The position numbers and the translations under genes are program-made. This document shows, piece by piece, positions 16,525-25,414 of a DNA stretch of 40,692 nucleotides. The notes below the pieces were generated by a model that was given only the letters and a program-made list of their open reading frames with translations, searched no databases and had not been told where the DNA came from. The DNA is from a virus (taxonomy: Duplodnaviria > Caudoviricetes). The first letter of the stretch is position 1, and each line of letters starts with the position of its first letter. The stretch is taken from positions 1 through 40,692 of IMG/VR virus record IMGVR_UViG_3300006040_000004; one strand, given 5' to 3'.

Positions 16525-16733
16525 TTAAAAACACAATGGTTCAAATAACGGCGTTATTCCCCGGTAAACACAAGATGTTCCTCGCGGGGTACTTTCACGG
16601 TTCCAACGGGTTCGCCGCGCACCAACTGAACGTCATACGGTCGCCGAGACGCCGCGAGGAACGTGAGGAATACCAGAAGGGGCATTCGGCGGGACGCCGC
16701 GAGGAACGTGAGGCGTACTACGCCGTGTTATAA
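16521..16733 (+). CDS. Hypothetical protein containing a 21-bp internal direct repeat
   Basis: ATGA overlap; GACGCCGCGAGGAACGTGAGG at 16648 and 16693. Confidence 0.6.
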   Translation: MIKNTMVQITALFPGKHKMFLAGYFHGSNGFAAHQLNVIRSPRRREEREEYQKGHSAGRREEREAYYAVL

Positions 16734-16748
16734 GACTTGGAGATAGAT

Positions 16749-17156
16749 ATGAATGCAGTTGTGATTGACGGGGTGCGGTACGTCACCGATCCGATGCACG
16801 CGGACGAGGTGAAGTTTTACTACATGCACGATAACCACACCTTTTCCAGATTGACCGGAGCCACCATTGATGAGGTGCTGGCTTCCGCTGACGCGATGGC
16901 AAAGGAAAGCCGTTGCGGGATGCTTTGCCCGCCGATGCTCTTGGCTGGAGGAAAAGAGGTGCGCCGCCTGAAAGCCGGTGCGCACGCGCCATGCTGCGGC
17001 AGCGACGACAGCAAATGGCTGACCGGGGTAGCAGAGTGGCGGACGGAATGCGAAGCGGACAGCGACGTGCGGCGGCTGGTGTCTTCTAACGCAGAATTGA
17101 GCCGCGACGTAGTCGTCGGCTCGGATATTGGGTTATGCAACGAGGGTAATGAATGA
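16749..17156 (+). CDS. Cassette-like hypothetical protein
   Basis: GGAG RBS; C-terminus SNAELSR... is read through an attC. Confidence 0.75.
   Translation: MNAVVIDGVRYVTDPMHADEVKFYYMHDNHTFSRLTGATIDEVLASADAMAKESRCGMLCPPMLLAGGKEVRRLKAGAHAPCCGSDDSKWLTGVAEWRTECEADSDVRRLVSSNAELSRDVVVGSDIGLCNEGNE
17084..17138 (-). other. attC site (top strand on minus)
   Basis: Minus strand GCATAACCCAATATCCGAGCCGACGACTACGTCGCGGCTCAATTCTGCGTTAGAA. Confidence 0.85.
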
Positions 17157-17365
17157 ATAAGATTCTGGCTTTCCCGGCGAGTACAACACTCACGGTTGGG
17201 CAGGCGCTCGATAGCGCAAACGGGATGCGCGAGCTGCTTACGGACGTGCTGATAGCCGGGTACGACGCTGACGGGGATTTGTATGTTCGATCCTCACGGA
17301 TGGATCGTAAGGACGCTTTGTGGCTGGCAGAGCAGTTGAAAAAGTACGCACTTGATGGTGCCTAA
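17153..17365 (+). CDS. Cassette hypothetical protein (70 aa)
   Basis: GAGG RBS; ends GGTGCCTAA like cassettes 7506-7709 and 7778-8038. Confidence 0.75.
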   Translation: MNKILAFPASTTLTVGQALDSANGMRELLTDVLIAGYDADGDLYVRSSRMDRKDALWLAEQLKKYALDGA

Positions 17366-17398
17366 TACATGTTAGGCACCACTTGGGGTGTAACACGG
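17356..17398. other. attI/dif-like recombination site 2
   Basis: TGGTGCCTAATACATGTTAGGCACCA identical to 6958-6983; outer GTAACACGG mirrors CCGTGTTAC of site 1. Confidence 0.6.
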
Positions 17399-17415
17399 AA
17401 GCAATCGCCGCGATC

Positions 17416-17589
17416 TTAACGGCCAAACCGATCCCGTAGGGCATCTGTGTCCGCCATCAACGTCCGAACCTCATCGTCGGTCACGTCACGGTTCTCCGCC
17501 TGCGCTTTTTGAAGTAACTCGCTTGCGCGCATGGCCGCTTTAAGCAAGGTCGTTAAAAGATCAATCGCCACTAATGCCCCGTTACCCAT
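17416..17589 (-). CDS. Small hypothetical protein at the end of the lysis region (57 aa)
   Basis: Not in ORF track; TGATG overlap with the upstream gene; MGNGALVAIDLLTTLLKAA... Confidence 0.65.
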   Translation of the reverse strand: MGNGALVAIDLLTTLLKAAMRASELLQKAQAENRDVTDDEVRTLMADTDALRDRFGR

Positions 17590-17936
17590 CACTTGCGCTC
17601 CTTTTCAGTAAGTATCAGTCTGGCCGCTTCCAGCGCCGTTAGCGCCGTGGCGATACCGGAATCGAATCGTGCTTTGTCGCCGACGATCAAGGCCGTCCTG
17701 AACACACTGCGGGCAGCGTCAACGCGGTCGAACACAGTGTTGAGCTTGGCCTTGTCCGTAACAGTCAACCGCTTTTCGGTGTCGTATAGGATCGCGGTAC
17801 TCAAGACCTCCTGGTAGCCAATCTCAAAAACGGCGGCTCGTTTGTTAAGCGTGTCTACCGCAGGCATGGACGCGCACGCGGAGAGCACGAGCGCCACGAG
17901 CGCGGCCATAAACCAATTCAATTTAATTTGTCTCAT
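17589..17936 (-). CDS. Lipoprotein (lysis accessory candidate)
   Basis: Signal peptide with LSA^C lipobox. Confidence 0.75.
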   Translation of the reverse strand: MRQIKLNWFMAALVALVLSACASMPAVDTLNKRAAVFEIGYQEVLSTAILYDTEKRLTVTDKAKLNTVFDRVDAARSVFRTALIVGDKARFDSGIATALTALEAARLILTEKERK

Positions 17937-18133
17937 TCGACGGTCTCCTTGAAGGTTTTCTTGGTGCCGTCAAACGGCAATAGGTATTGTAGCGCGGCGC
18001 TAAACAACACGACGCTTGCGGCCACAATGGCCTCTGGTGCGCGGATGGAAGTGGTCTCGCCGATAACCCACCACATCAATGCGGCGAGTGATCCGGCTAA
18101 CGCGCCGACGGTAACGCTTGTTTGATTTCCCAT
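17933..18133 (-). CDS. Putative holin
   Basis: Two hydrophobic segments, charged C-terminus, adjacent to endolysin. Confidence 0.6.
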   Translation of the reverse strand: MGNQTSVTVGALAGSLAALMWWVIGETTSIRAPEAIVAASVVLFSAALQYLLPFDGTKKTFKETVE

Positions 18134-18156
18134 ATTACTCTACTCCTTTGGTTATG

Positions 18157-18507
18157 TTATTTAATCCCATCGTGTTCAAGCGAATAGTGATTCGCGTCCT
18201 TAAACCTTCCACCCCATCGCGCGTCTGGCGCCAGTGACTCCCAGAACTCGCCGAGTTTCGTGTACTCAGTACTTACATCCGTCAAGAACATGCCGTCCTT
18301 GAACAGGTTAATGTCGATGGCGAGACGGTTCTTGTGCGCGGACTTCGGATGTCCGTAGCCGAGTTTAACGCCCACCGCGCCGTGCAGGCGAGGGTCACGG
18401 TACGCGTCACCTATCGTACCCTCCAGTCCGAGCAGTGCCATTTGGCCGATGAGGCGCGCTACCATCCGTAAAAATCTTGATTGTTTCTGTCTCAGTGTTT
18501 CGTTCAT
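18157..18507 (-). CDS. Endolysin, peptidase M15 (L-Ala-D-Glu peptidase-like)
   Basis: SAHKNRLAID, WGGRFKDANHYS. Confidence 0.88.
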   Translation of the reverse strand: MNETLRQKQSRFLRMVARLIGQMALLGLEGTIGDAYRDPRLHGAVGVKLGYGHPKSAHKNRLAIDINLFKDGMFLTDVSTEYTKLGEFWESLAPDARWGGRFKDANHYSLEHDGIK

Positions 18508-18518
18508 ACACTCCATCC

Positions 18519-20054
18519 TCACGCGGTAATGTTGAGTTTTAACGCCGTTGCTCCTGGCCGCTGGATCATGGTAAGTGAACTCCCGCGCCCAGCCAAGGTG
18601 TGACTTGATCCGCCCTCTAGGAAATTATACACCGCTGTCACGGTTACGGCGTTCGCCGTGACTGTATCTGTGCGGTATATTGTAACCTCTTTAGTAAAGC
18701 CAAAATCTATACCCGTGATCGTTACGGGCCCGGCGGTCGCGTCCACGTAGATGATGTTGTCATCCAAGGTCATGGTAGTGTTTGACGTTACGCCACGCGC
18801 CGCTTTAGGTGGCGAAGGGTCGCCGACATTACTCCACTCACTGGACGGTAAACTCGGTAGTGTCGATGAGGCGTTGTTAATAACGCTAGTCCTGACGGCG
18901 GACATAGCAGACCCCCCTGCCAGTATGACTTCCCCGTTCAAATCGCTATCCCGGAAACCGACAACTGAGTTACCCGCCTGCGAAATGTACGCAGCGTGCT
19001 TACCCATAATATCGCCGCCATCGAAAACGATACGGCCTTGCTGATTTTGCAGCACAGAGGCGAGATGGTTGTTAAGCCACACCCCGGATAATTTTACGTT
19101 ACTCGCAAGCCCCGCGCGGACACCAACAGATGCGCCGACTTCTTGCCAAATAGCAGTGCCGTCGTTAACTGTGGCATTGTCCCCAGTAGGCCACGTGGGT
19201 TGCGTCGCGCCCGTTACGCCGCCCTGTAAGCAAATATAAAACCTGCCATTAACTTGCGCCCTTTGTGGAGTACGGTACATGCCCACGGTCACAGTTGACG
19301 AAGCAGCCCAAGGGACATTAATACACGTCCTACGATCCTCTGTGTGCAGACCGTTAAACCGTGTCCCCCAAACTCCTCGGGCATCTCCGATGGACACACA
19401 GAAATCATAGTTATTAAGTATGACATCCTCGAAGCCCGAAATTTCCATCCCCTCCAGGTAAAGTCCGTACTTCTTTGATGCGCCAGAAGGTGGTGAGTTA
19501 ATGGGATTGTTCGCGTGGATGTGAGAAAACTTGGCCCCTGCGGTAGGTGGGTAAGCGCTGTTAGGCGCCAGCCAAGCCAGCGACCTGCCCACCTCGTTAA
19601 ATGCGTATAGCCCGTTTATTTCTGAGGAGTCCGTTTCAAACCGCGAGTGGACTACATCATACAGGCCGCCACCATAGGTGATGTCGCTCAGCTTTACGCG
19701 GGCGTTAACTTGCGTTACTGAGCCGATGTTAATTCCCCTGTGGCCGACCGTATTAAGGCTTGACCCCGTTAGGGTTGCGTTCTTGACTTCTCCGCCGTCA
19801 ATCTGGATCATAGTCCCAGCGAATCCTGCAAGAGCCTTAACCTCGTTCCCGCAAAAATCAATCTCGCCGCGCCAATCTTGGGTGCCCGCAGTAATTGTCG
19901 AGCCGATGTTATAAGTGCCTGGAATTTTAGGTACAATGATTCTATTTTTGCGCAGGGCAATCGCGGAGAGAACGGCAGCGCTAATGGCTGGGGCACCATC
20001 AATGCCACCGCCATTAACAACTATAGAGTCGACATGCTTGTCGCCGACCGCCAC
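18519..20054 (-). CDS. Tailspike/depolymerase-like protein with a carbohydrate-binding-like insert
   Basis: Gly/Asn-rich beta-helix-like composition; WAASS...NGRFYIC..GGVTGATQPTWPT...DGTAIW module. Confidence 0.65.
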   Translation of the reverse strand: MAVGDKHVDSIVVNGGGIDGAPAISAAVLSAIALRKNRIIVPKIPGTYNIGSTITAGTQDWRGEIDFCGNEVKALAGFAGTMIQIDGGEVKNATLTGSSLNTVGHRGINIGSVTQVNARVKLSDITYGGGLYDVVHSRFETDSSEINGLYAFNEVGRSLAWLAPNSAYPPTAGAKFSHIHANNPINSPPSGASKKYGLYLEGMEISGFEDVILNNYDFCVSIGDARGVWGTRFNGLHTEDRRTCINVPWAASSTVTVGMYRTPQRAQVNGRFYICLQGGVTGATQPTWPTGDNATVNDGTAIWQEVGASVGVRAGLASNVKLSGVWLNNHLASVLQNQQGRIVFDGGDIMGKHAAYISQAGNSVVGFRDSDLNGEVILAGGSAMSAVRTSVINNASSTLPSLPSSEWSNVGDPSPPKAARGVTSNTTMTLDDNIIYVDATAGPVTITGIDFGFTKEVTIYRTDTVTANAVTVTAVYNFLEGGSSHTLAGRGSSLTMIQRPGATALKLNITA

Positions 20055-20318
20055 TTACTTAATCCCCCACGTGTCACCAACCTGGCCGACAAATTCCACC
20101 CTACCGATTGTGACGTTGGAGAATAGCACCAGCATAGTTGGGGATACAACATCATAAGGCCACGCGAAAAGCTCAGTATCTGTGGCGACCCGTATTGATC
20201 TCCCCGCCGCCGCGCTATTAAGCGTTATCGAAATTGGGAATGAGAAGTGCAGATTCACATTTTCGACAATAAACGACGTTCCCTTGAGGACTCCGGTTAG
20301 AACAAATGGTGTTGGCAT
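20055..20318 (-). CDS. Hypothetical protein
   Basis: ORF abuts the downstream tailspike-like gene. Confidence 0.6.
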   Translation of the reverse strand: MPTPFVLTGVLKGTSFIVENVNLHFSFPISITLNSAAAGRSIRVATDTELFAWPYDVVSPTMLVLFSNVTIGRVEFVGQVGDTWGIK

Positions 20319-20321
20319 TTA

Positions 20322-20513
20322 CTAAATTCCCCCTTGTTCGGTATCGCCCATGCGCTGCACCGTAAGCCTGAGCAAATCATGCTGCCAGTCTAGCATAAAT
20401 TTTAAATCCTGGTGGCTGCATGAGCTAACCCGATCCTCTATGACGGTTTGAGCATAATCCACTTCCGCCGCGTCAAACCCGTCCGATTTTCTCATGCTGC
20501 ACCTCGTCAACAC
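20322..20513 (-). CDS. Hypothetical protein
   Basis: Overlapping small-ORF cluster; start uncertain. Confidence 0.45.
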   Translation of the reverse strand: MLTRCSMRKSDGFDAAEVDYAQTVIEDRVSSCSHQDLKFMLDWQHDLLRLTVQRMGDTEQGGI

Positions 20514-20655
20514 ACTGGCAAGAAAGCTTATATAGGTCCCCTATGATGACCTGCATCTGTATGCGAGTCTCATGGTTTGCGCCAGTCAGCATGTCAATAA
20601 TGTCCGACACCGCAGCGCTAAAATCTTCAATTTTTGACGGCTTCTGCTTCCCCAT
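20473..20655 (-). CDS. Hypothetical protein
   Basis: Overlapping small-ORF cluster. Confidence 0.5.
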   Translation of the reverse strand: MGKQKPSKIEDFSAAVSDIIDMLTGANHETRIQMQVIIGDLYKLSCQCVDEVQHEKIGRV

Positions 20656-20857
20656 TTTCGGCCTCGTTGAACCGCGTTAGCATTTCAATCCAGTCTATTT
20701 TTGGTATCGTAGCGTGGAAAATAACATCGCTTCCCCTGGATACACAGATGAGCGTGTTGCCTAATTTTGTGAGGCTAATGGATAGCGCGTCATCCTCCGC
20801 CCGGTCATCTGGCCCAATAAATTTAACGTGGTGCAGAATTTTGGACACAATTAGCAA
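20627..20857 (-). CDS. Hypothetical protein
   Basis: Overlapping small-ORF cluster. Confidence 0.5.
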   Translation of the reverse strand: MLIVSKILHHVKFIGPDDRAEDDALSISLTKLGNTLICVSRGSDVIFHATIPKIDWIEMLTRFNEAENGEAEAVKN

Positions 20858-21033
20858 TCCCCGCCGAACCCGCTTAACTCACTTATGAGTTCTTCCGCCT
20901 TATCTATTATATACCCCACCTGAACCCTTGTGTCGTCTGATATATCGAGGCTCTTTGCCCTTTTGATGATGTTGGCAAGGCGCGCTATACAAGCGCACTG
21001 TATTTCAAGTTCCAGGCGGTCAAGCTCGGTCAT
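20851..21033 (-). CDS. Hypothetical protein
   Basis: ATGA overlap with the upstream gene. Confidence 0.55.
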   Translation of the reverse strand: MTELDRLELEIQCACIARLANIIKRAKSLDISDDTRVQVGYIIDKAEELISELSGFGGDC

Positions 21034-21332
21034 TTAAAAATTTCCCGGAGCGCGCTATACCCAGCCAGCGCCACGGCACCGATAACGGCCATGCCGATAA
21101 ACGACTTAAACAGCCACCCGCGAGTCGTTCGATAGAGATTGATTAATTGCTTAAGGTCGGAGTGGTCCTCATTATTAAGCGTCTTATCCTTATATTTCTG
21201 GTGATCTTGATAATGCTGCTCTGGGTCGATCCAAAAATCGTGCTTGCGAGCATGGATTTTCTCTATCAGCACTTCGGCAATGCGGTCTATGTCATCCGGC
21301 GTTATCGCCTGGCGTCGCTCGTGTTCACTCAT
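21030..21332 (-). CDS. Hypothetical membrane-anchored protein
   Basis: AAGGA RBS; C-terminal transmembrane helix. Confidence 0.7.
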   Translation of the reverse strand: MSEHERRQAITPDDIDRIAEVLIEKIHARKHDFWIDPEQHYQDHQKYKDKTLNNEDHSDLKQLINLYRTTRGWLFKSFIGMAVIGAVALAGYSALREIFK

Positions 21333-21360
21333 TGGGCTATCCTTGGTTATGGCCGAAGTA

Positions 21361-23226
21361 TTAGGAGAACGTTATCCCGTCCTTTTCTAAAAAGAGCGTT
21401 GAATCTATGAAAGTTTCGCAGGTTCCGGAGGCGGGTGTCCCCGTGGCAATTCTGAGAGTTAAAGTTTGCGTAGCAGTGTTTGCGCCAGTAACAGTAATAC
21501 CTGGCGGTGAAACCAGTGTGTTAGCAGTTGCCCCGGAGGCCGCGTAGTTGTTCCCCACGGTCTCATTGCTAGACATATAAAAATCCGATACCGCATTGAG
21601 TGTTCTGACCACAATACCAACATAGCGAACTGTTTGGGTCTGGTAGCCTCCCCCGCTCCTGTCAATTTTAGTGATCAGGATTACAAGCCTTGCGGTTGTC
21701 GTTACGTTTGGAACTGTTAAAGAAACTGAATCGACAGCAGCAACAGAGGCAGTTGAAACTACCTTACGCTGTTCGAGCGGCAATCGTGATGCGTAACTTG
21801 CCACAAGGCCCCCAGTCGTGGGGCCGAGTATCTTCACTCCTGCGGGCGTGGCAATTCCAGAATAAGTAAACCCGGATAGATCAACAGGCCCTTCGTTATA
21901 CGTGCAGTATTCAAACGCATTATCTCCCCAACGTTCGCCCGTGTTCACGGAGAAAGCCTGAGTTTGGTCAATAGCGCAATGGCGCACGCGCATCCCATAC
22001 AAGCCGCCGTTGTTGTCGATCTTCAACCCCACCAGTCGATTGAAAGAAAGACCCAGGTTGGGAAGGGATGGGGCGGCTTGATCGCCCCTGATAATCACAT
22101 TCTTTGGTGAGCCTTCCCCGTTCCAAGTGCCCTCCATTGTCAGGTACTTGCTGACGTGAATCAACACATCACAGCCAGCTAGATTCGCCTCTATTACACA
22201 CGGGCCAATTCTGCCATTGGATGTTTGGGTGCTGTAGACACCGACAGCACATACTTCAATTTCATTCCCACCATCAATAAGCCAAGTAGTTACACCTGCA
22301 CCGAACTCAAAACCGATATTGCAGTATTGCACAACATTGTCCCGAGCGACAAAACCAAAGCCGTAGCGTTGGGTGACTGCACCTTGAAAATACCTGAAAC
22401 GGCACTTTGCAACTACGGTTCCAGGAACTGATTCGCGGAAGGACAAACACGTCGTAGTGGTGTTCGTGGTTCCGGCGCTGCCGTTGGTAGTAGTGGTAAA
22501 CCCCTGCGCACCAGCAATGACCACTTGTGCCGTGTGCCCAATAGCGCCGGGGCCAACGAAGTCAATCCCCTCGACTACGCCTGTCATCGCTCTTTTATCT
22601 GATATAGTAGTAAAGTTACCCCAAGTAAACCCAACGCCTGCACCTGTCACGATCACCGAGCTACGGTCTACGCCCTGGCCTATCAAATTAATCTGAGTGC
22701 CGCGCACGAGCTGCCCGTTCGGGAGGTAGCCAGATGCCGGTGTGATGCCCTGCGCGGCTGCCAGAATGTTCCAAAAGTCGATCAGCCCGGCAGTCACTGT
22801 CACACGGCTGTTTACCGTAATCGTGCCACCGGGGTAACTCTGCGACAACAGGTAAGTAGCGGCCCTGATGAATGCTTGAGTCTGATTTGCTTCGGCGACG
22901 ACAATGAAGTCCTCTACAGCTACGGTGTCGCGGCCCCTCGCTTGCAGTGTGCGCGGTACCGCCCCTGCGCCAGAGTGAACAAAGCCCACCAGCGATGCGC
23001 CAGAGGACGCGGCGAGTTGAGTGGCCTGTATTGCCTGAGTCCCAGTTCCAGCAGCAACGGAGAACGCCTGAGAGGCTGACCCCGCGAGTTCGGCTTTCGT
23101 CGCGCTCATCGCGGCGATGGCGTTGAACTCCGCGTCAATTTCCGTCCCTTTACCGGCTTTCGCGGGGTCGCCCAGCAACAGCAAGTCTTTGGCGGCGTAA
23201 TCGACGATTTTTGCATAATTTGGCAT
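21361..23226 (-). CDS. Tailspike / tail fiber protein (beta-helix-like)
   Basis: N-terminal anchor-like MPNYAKIVDYAAKD..KGTEIDAEFNAI; GASLVGF...RTLQAR.RD neck; pectin-lyase-like body. Confidence 0.8.
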   Translation of the reverse strand: MPNYAKIVDYAAKDLLLLGDPAKAGKGTEIDAEFNAIAAMSATKAELAGSASQAFSVAAGTGTQAIQATQLAASSGASLVGFVHSGAGAVPRTLQARGRDTVAVEDFIVVAEANQTQAFIRAATYLLSQSYPGGTITVNSRVTVTAGLIDFWNILAAAQGITPASGYLPNGQLVRGTQINLIGQGVDRSSVIVTGAGVGFTWGNFTTISDKRAMTGVVEGIDFVGPGAIGHTAQVVIAGAQGFTTTTNGSAGTTNTTTTCLSFRESVPGTVVAKCRFRYFQGAVTQRYGFGFVARDNVVQYCNIGFEFGAGVTTWLIDGGNEIEVCAVGVYSTQTSNGRIGPCVIEANLAGCDVLIHVSKYLTMEGTWNGEGSPKNVIIRGDQAAPSLPNLGLSFNRLVGLKIDNNGGLYGMRVRHCAIDQTQAFSVNTGERWGDNAFEYCTYNEGPVDLSGFTYSGIATPAGVKILGPTTGGLVASYASRLPLEQRKVVSTASVAAVDSVSLTVPNVTTTARLVILITKIDRSGGGYQTQTVRYVGIVVRTLNAVSDFYMSSNETVGNNYAASGATANTLVSPPGITVTGANTATQTLTLRIATGTPASGTCETFIDSTLFLEKDGITFS

Positions 23227-23228
23227 GA

Positions 23229-24770
23229 TTAAACCCTTCCGCTTTTGGTGAAAATGTCAAGAGCCTGTACGGCTACTTTTCCCGTGCTGATCTGCGCTTC
23301 CACGCTGACCTGGAACCGTCTCCCGGCCCCCGCCCCATTGGCTATGACCGTGGAAACGTCGATAGCGCTGCCCCACTCGAACGCGCCCCACTCGAACGCG
23401 CCCCATTCTGCCGGTTGCGCAGTGCCGATCGCGGTGACTGTCTGTGAGAACAGGTCGGGGATGAAGTCGTACCCCCACTTTAACACCAAAGCCTGGTTAA
23501 CCGCCCCAATTACCGACATCGCGATCCGTTTCAGGATCGACGTTTGTATCGGGCTATCGAAGTCCAGCCACGGTGTTGCGTACACCATACGGAACGCGGT
23601 CGTGTCATCGACGAACCCCGTGTACTGGCCGACGTACCCCGGTCGCCCGAGATAGAGCTTTCGCCCGGATGTTGCCAGAAACGCTCTTGGGGTAATACCC
23701 TGCCAGGTCGTAACCCGGAGCGCGCCGTCTTCAAGAGGCACCCTCGTGTCGAAGCAATACGTTTCGTTAAACGAAGGCAGCGTCAACAGGTAGAAGGCGT
23801 CCACAGGAAAGTAGATCGACTTGACGTTATCGAGGTTCTGCGTGTTCAAGAGCGTCTGGAGTCCGTTATGCACGTTTTTGCTAATGTTGCCTACGGGCGC
23901 GGACTTCTCCTGTATCGTCCGGGACAACGACCGGACACCTGAAGCAGACAGGAATAGAACGTCCGTGCCGATGTTCTGGACAGAATCGCGCGCGATGCAC
24001 CCGATGTTAGTAACCGCGTCTGACAGCGACATCGTTGAGGGGACGTTGGCGCCGGAATAAACCAGCATTTGTTTTTTGCCGAAGATGATAAGTGCGTTGT
24101 TGTGCGCTGCGAGCGCGACGATCTCATCACCCCCGGACGGCCATACGCCGAGCAGGTTTAGTGAACCGGAAGTCCCCGCCGTCCATACCTGCGGCGTTAT
24201 GATGTCCGACCATTTGAGGGTGTTCTTGTCCGTCGTGGTATCCGCGCACCAGATGCGCCCGTAGGCGCTTATGGCGGTGTTCGCCAGTAGGACGGTGCCT
24301 GTATAGCCCGTTTTTTCCGAAAGCCGCCGGAACGTCGTGGTGGACACGCTGGGGTCATAAATTAGTGGGTCGTACCCGCGCTGGAAGAATATCCCGATGC
24401 CGTTCAGTTGCGTGAACTGCCAGTTCGCCGCCGAGATCGTGGGTGCGACGCCGCCCCCGCCATAAGTCAGCGTTGTCAGCGTTGAGCCAACCAGTTTGAA
24501 CAGGAACGCCCCCCCGGCAGCCAACAGAGTGACCGTCCCGTTGTTCTCGATGAGTTCGCCCAGGCAGGTAATGTTAGACGTGCCAATATCCGCGTTGGCG
24601 GTATGGGACTTCACCCAGCCGTTCCGTGATGCGATACGCCCCGACCTGTCAATCACGCAGTTGTACGCCTTTAGGGCGAACCCCGGCGGCAGTTCACCGG
24701 GCGCGTCCTGGAGATTAACCCCCAAATACCCCGGATTATTTATGGAGAACGTCTGAAGCGACTGGCTCAC
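23229..24770 (-). CDS. Tail tubular protein B / DNA stabilization protein
   Basis: Size, position and beta-propeller-like motifs (LKWSD, NIGCIARDSVQ..G.DVLFLS..GVRSL). Confidence 0.75.
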   Translation of the reverse strand: MSQSLQTFSINNPGYLGVNLQDAPGELPPGFALKAYNCVIDRSGRIASRNGWVKSHTANADIGTSNITCLGELIENNGTVTLLAAGGAFLFKLVGSTLTTLTYGGGGVAPTISAANWQFTQLNGIGIFFQRGYDPLIYDPSVSTTTFRRLSEKTGYTGTVLLANTAISAYGRIWCADTTTDKNTLKWSDIITPQVWTAGTSGSLNLLGVWPSGGDEIVALAAHNNALIIFGKKQMLVYSGANVPSTMSLSDAVTNIGCIARDSVQNIGTDVLFLSASGVRSLSRTIQEKSAPVGNISKNVHNGLQTLLNTQNLDNVKSIYFPVDAFYLLTLPSFNETYCFDTRVPLEDGALRVTTWQGITPRAFLATSGRKLYLGRPGYVGQYTGFVDDTTAFRMVYATPWLDFDSPIQTSILKRIAMSVIGAVNQALVLKWGYDFIPDLFSQTVTAIGTAQPAEWGAFEWGAFEWGSAIDVSTVIANGAGAGRRFQVSVEAQISTGKVAVQALDIFTKSGRV

Positions 24771-25414
24771 ACCGCCACCCAGACGGATGTTTCGATGAAG
24801 CGCGAGGACTCCAGTGCGATCTCGTCAGCCATGAGATTGGTGAACACAGCGTAGGCGTCGCTGGACATCGTTCCGCCGTCTTCGCCACGCTCCGACAGCG
24901 CCCGCGCGTATGCGGCCAGTTCGACAAGATCGCCGCTGACGGTCACTTCGGTCGCGTCCGCGCTTAGGGTCGCTTGCGGTATGTACAGATTGAATTTGAG
25001 CACATACGCCCCGTTGGGTGTCGGGAACAGTTCGACACGGCTATCCCCACCTGTGTTCCCCTTCCAGGCGTAATGGGAGGACAGGCCGTTCTGTACGGTG
25101 GTCAACTGCTGTTGGTCGAGTATCCACTTGATCGGCGCGTTACCCAGCGTGTATTTATTCGTCGTATCGTTTACTGATATTCCCTTCGGCCTCAAGCCCG
25201 ACCCCACCAGCGTGTACGTCGAAACACCCGCCGATGTGGTCAGGGGGAGTGTCTGCGACATCGAGTCCCAGTTCCACGCGTTCTCGACTTTCATCTTGGC
25301 GTCGTTGACGAACTTGCCGATCAGCTTGGAATAAGGAGTCGCGCTGACCGTCGGGACGGACGATTCACGCAGGCGGGCCAGTACCGCATTGACGATTTGT
25401 AGATAGGTAGCCAT
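24767..25414 (-). CDS. Tail tubular protein A / adaptor
   Basis: TYLQIVNAVLARLRE..., AWNW, LFPTP. Confidence 0.75.
   Translation of the reverse strand: MATYLQIVNAVLARLRESSVPTVSATPYSKLIGKFVNDAKMKVENAWNWDSMSQTLPLTTSAGVSTYTLVGSGLRPKGISVNDTTNKYTLGNAPIKWILDQQQLTTVQNGLSSHYAWKGNTGGDSRVELFPTPNGAYVLKFNLYIPQATLSADATEVTVSGDLVELAAYARALSERGEDGGTMSSDAYAVFTNLMADEIALESSRFIETSVWVAV

Larger units (their letters stand above)
16727..17381. mobile_element. Integron-like cassette array 2
   Basis: Palindromic site 17356-17381, attC 17084-17138, residual core box 16727-16736. Confidence 0.7.

Noticed and set aside
20322-21332. Third cassette array
   Set aside because: The small ORFs overlap each other and no TAAC...GTTA hairpins separate them
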